Part shown: positions 62,763-64,000 of the stretch, piece by piece
Layout: each line of letters starts with the position of its first letter
How positions within the stretch are numbered: position 1 is the first letter of the stretch
Source: Sphaerodactylus townsendi
Taxonomy: Eukaryota
Reading direction: 5' to 3'
NCBI RefSeq assembly: GCF_021028975.2
Contig: NC_059427.1
Coordinates: forward strand, 134,106,001 to 134,170,000
Length of the DNA stretch: 64,000 nt
The notes under the pieces: model-generated
What the model saw: only the letters and a program-made list of their open reading frames with translations
What the model was told of the DNA's origin: nothing
Databases searched by the model: none
Position numbers and translations under genes: made by a program

Positions 62763-64000
62763 ATAATTTGCCCAGGGCTCCAAAAATCCTTAGGCCAGCC
62801 CTGTATTACAGATTTTGGTTTCTAAACAGTCATCTCATTCTTCCTACACCTACATCTTGCATATATCAGCTATCTAAAGCCCCAAATCCTTGTTGTTATT
62901 CCTCACAACTATCTATAAGTTACACCTTTTAATAATGAAAAGAAGCAGTAGTTATACTAATCGTGTGAACAGACATGCCTCAAAGCAGCAGCTTCTGAGG
63001 TTTTTTCCCCCCTCCTGGTCAAACATGAGCTTCATTTTCTCCATTTTCACAGGTTCTTCAGGTTTTGCAGCAGTGTCAGTTTGATAACCTGGCAGCTGTG
63101 GTCCCTCTTCAAAGCAGCTTCACAAACGGAGTGTGGTTTTCAGTGCTGCATGAATATTCATGCGTGTATCTATCCATTTGTCAGCCTTTTTTAATCTCTT
63201 TTTGAAATTAAAAAGTGTGATCCATTTCCAAAGCACTATGAAACTACTCAGCGGAGGGAAACCACAAGCCAGTCAGTACTTGCACAGGTACTCACCCACC
63301 GTTCATCCCTGTGCATACTAACCCAAAGACCTGGCTTTTCATGTTCAGCTTTAGAAGGGAGTAACTATGTCTTTCACAGTGTCATGGGGGCTCACTTTCA
63401 GCCTGCAGAAACTACTTCCTATATACCGTAAAGTGTCAGCAAAGCAGTGGCTTGAGTCCAATATGGGATTTCTGTGATGGAGGGGGGAGGGTGATTTTGC
63501 TGATTTCCCCCTTTCCACTACAGACCTCTGCCTCTCTCCTCATGCTGTTCCTAGGGGATTCCGTGAAGCATTCTGGGGAGCATTTTGGGTTAAAACAGGA
63601 GGGGGACTGAGATGAGGGACTTGCATTCTGCAGGTGAAAATCCCTTCTGATTGTGGAAATTACAGGTGGATCAAAGCCAGTATGTTTGTAAATATAAAGT
63701 TCTTAGTTCTTCCTCTTTGTTTTCTTCTGTCATGTATTATAATTTAATCCTATACCAAATGCTTGGTAAATTCAGAAGAGAAGAGAAGGAAATGAAGCAG
63801 GGAACTGAAATTCATTTTAGAAGCGATGCTCTGATGTTACATGTTAGACACTTTCTGTCTCCAGTTTGTAAAAGCTGGTGTGGGGATGGGGGGTGTATAC
63901 ATCACCAAACTGAGGGACAGTCTCTCCATGTATCGCCCCTCTAGGCCCCTCCACTCAGTGGAAGTGGACCTGCTAGTGATCCCTGGCCCCAAAGCGATCT

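Overview
Vertebrate genomic DNA, squamate and probably a gecko, judged from its repeat families (Sauria SINE, 5S-derived SINEs, CR1, Penelope-like elements, SPIN). The window is almost entirely intron of a + strand gene. Three phase-0 coding exons (25130-25192, 30665-30814, 60838-60918) join into a coiled-coil peptide I recognise as the near-C-terminal part of CEP112. Almost all other ORF-track entries are noise or transposon fragments. The introns hold many nested mobile elements, several with readable target-site duplications (TSDs). Most notable: (1) Penelope-like element (PLE) termini carrying minimal hammerhead ribozyme motifs, one with an intact core on the pre-mRNA strand at 31971-32011; (2) a diverged inverted duplication (about 3516-7624 vs 15246-16313) whose second arm preserves the empty site of a later LINE insertion; (3) a near-perfect 350-bp fold-back at a PLE end; (4) a SPIN/URR1-type MITE beside an exon; (5) two different hAT MITEs stacked on one 8-bp target; (6) candidate HOX/TALE and POU/TCF regulatory clusters and a possible alternative last exon. 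Family and gene assignments come from recognition by eye, with no database search. There is a 202-N gap at 20426-20627.
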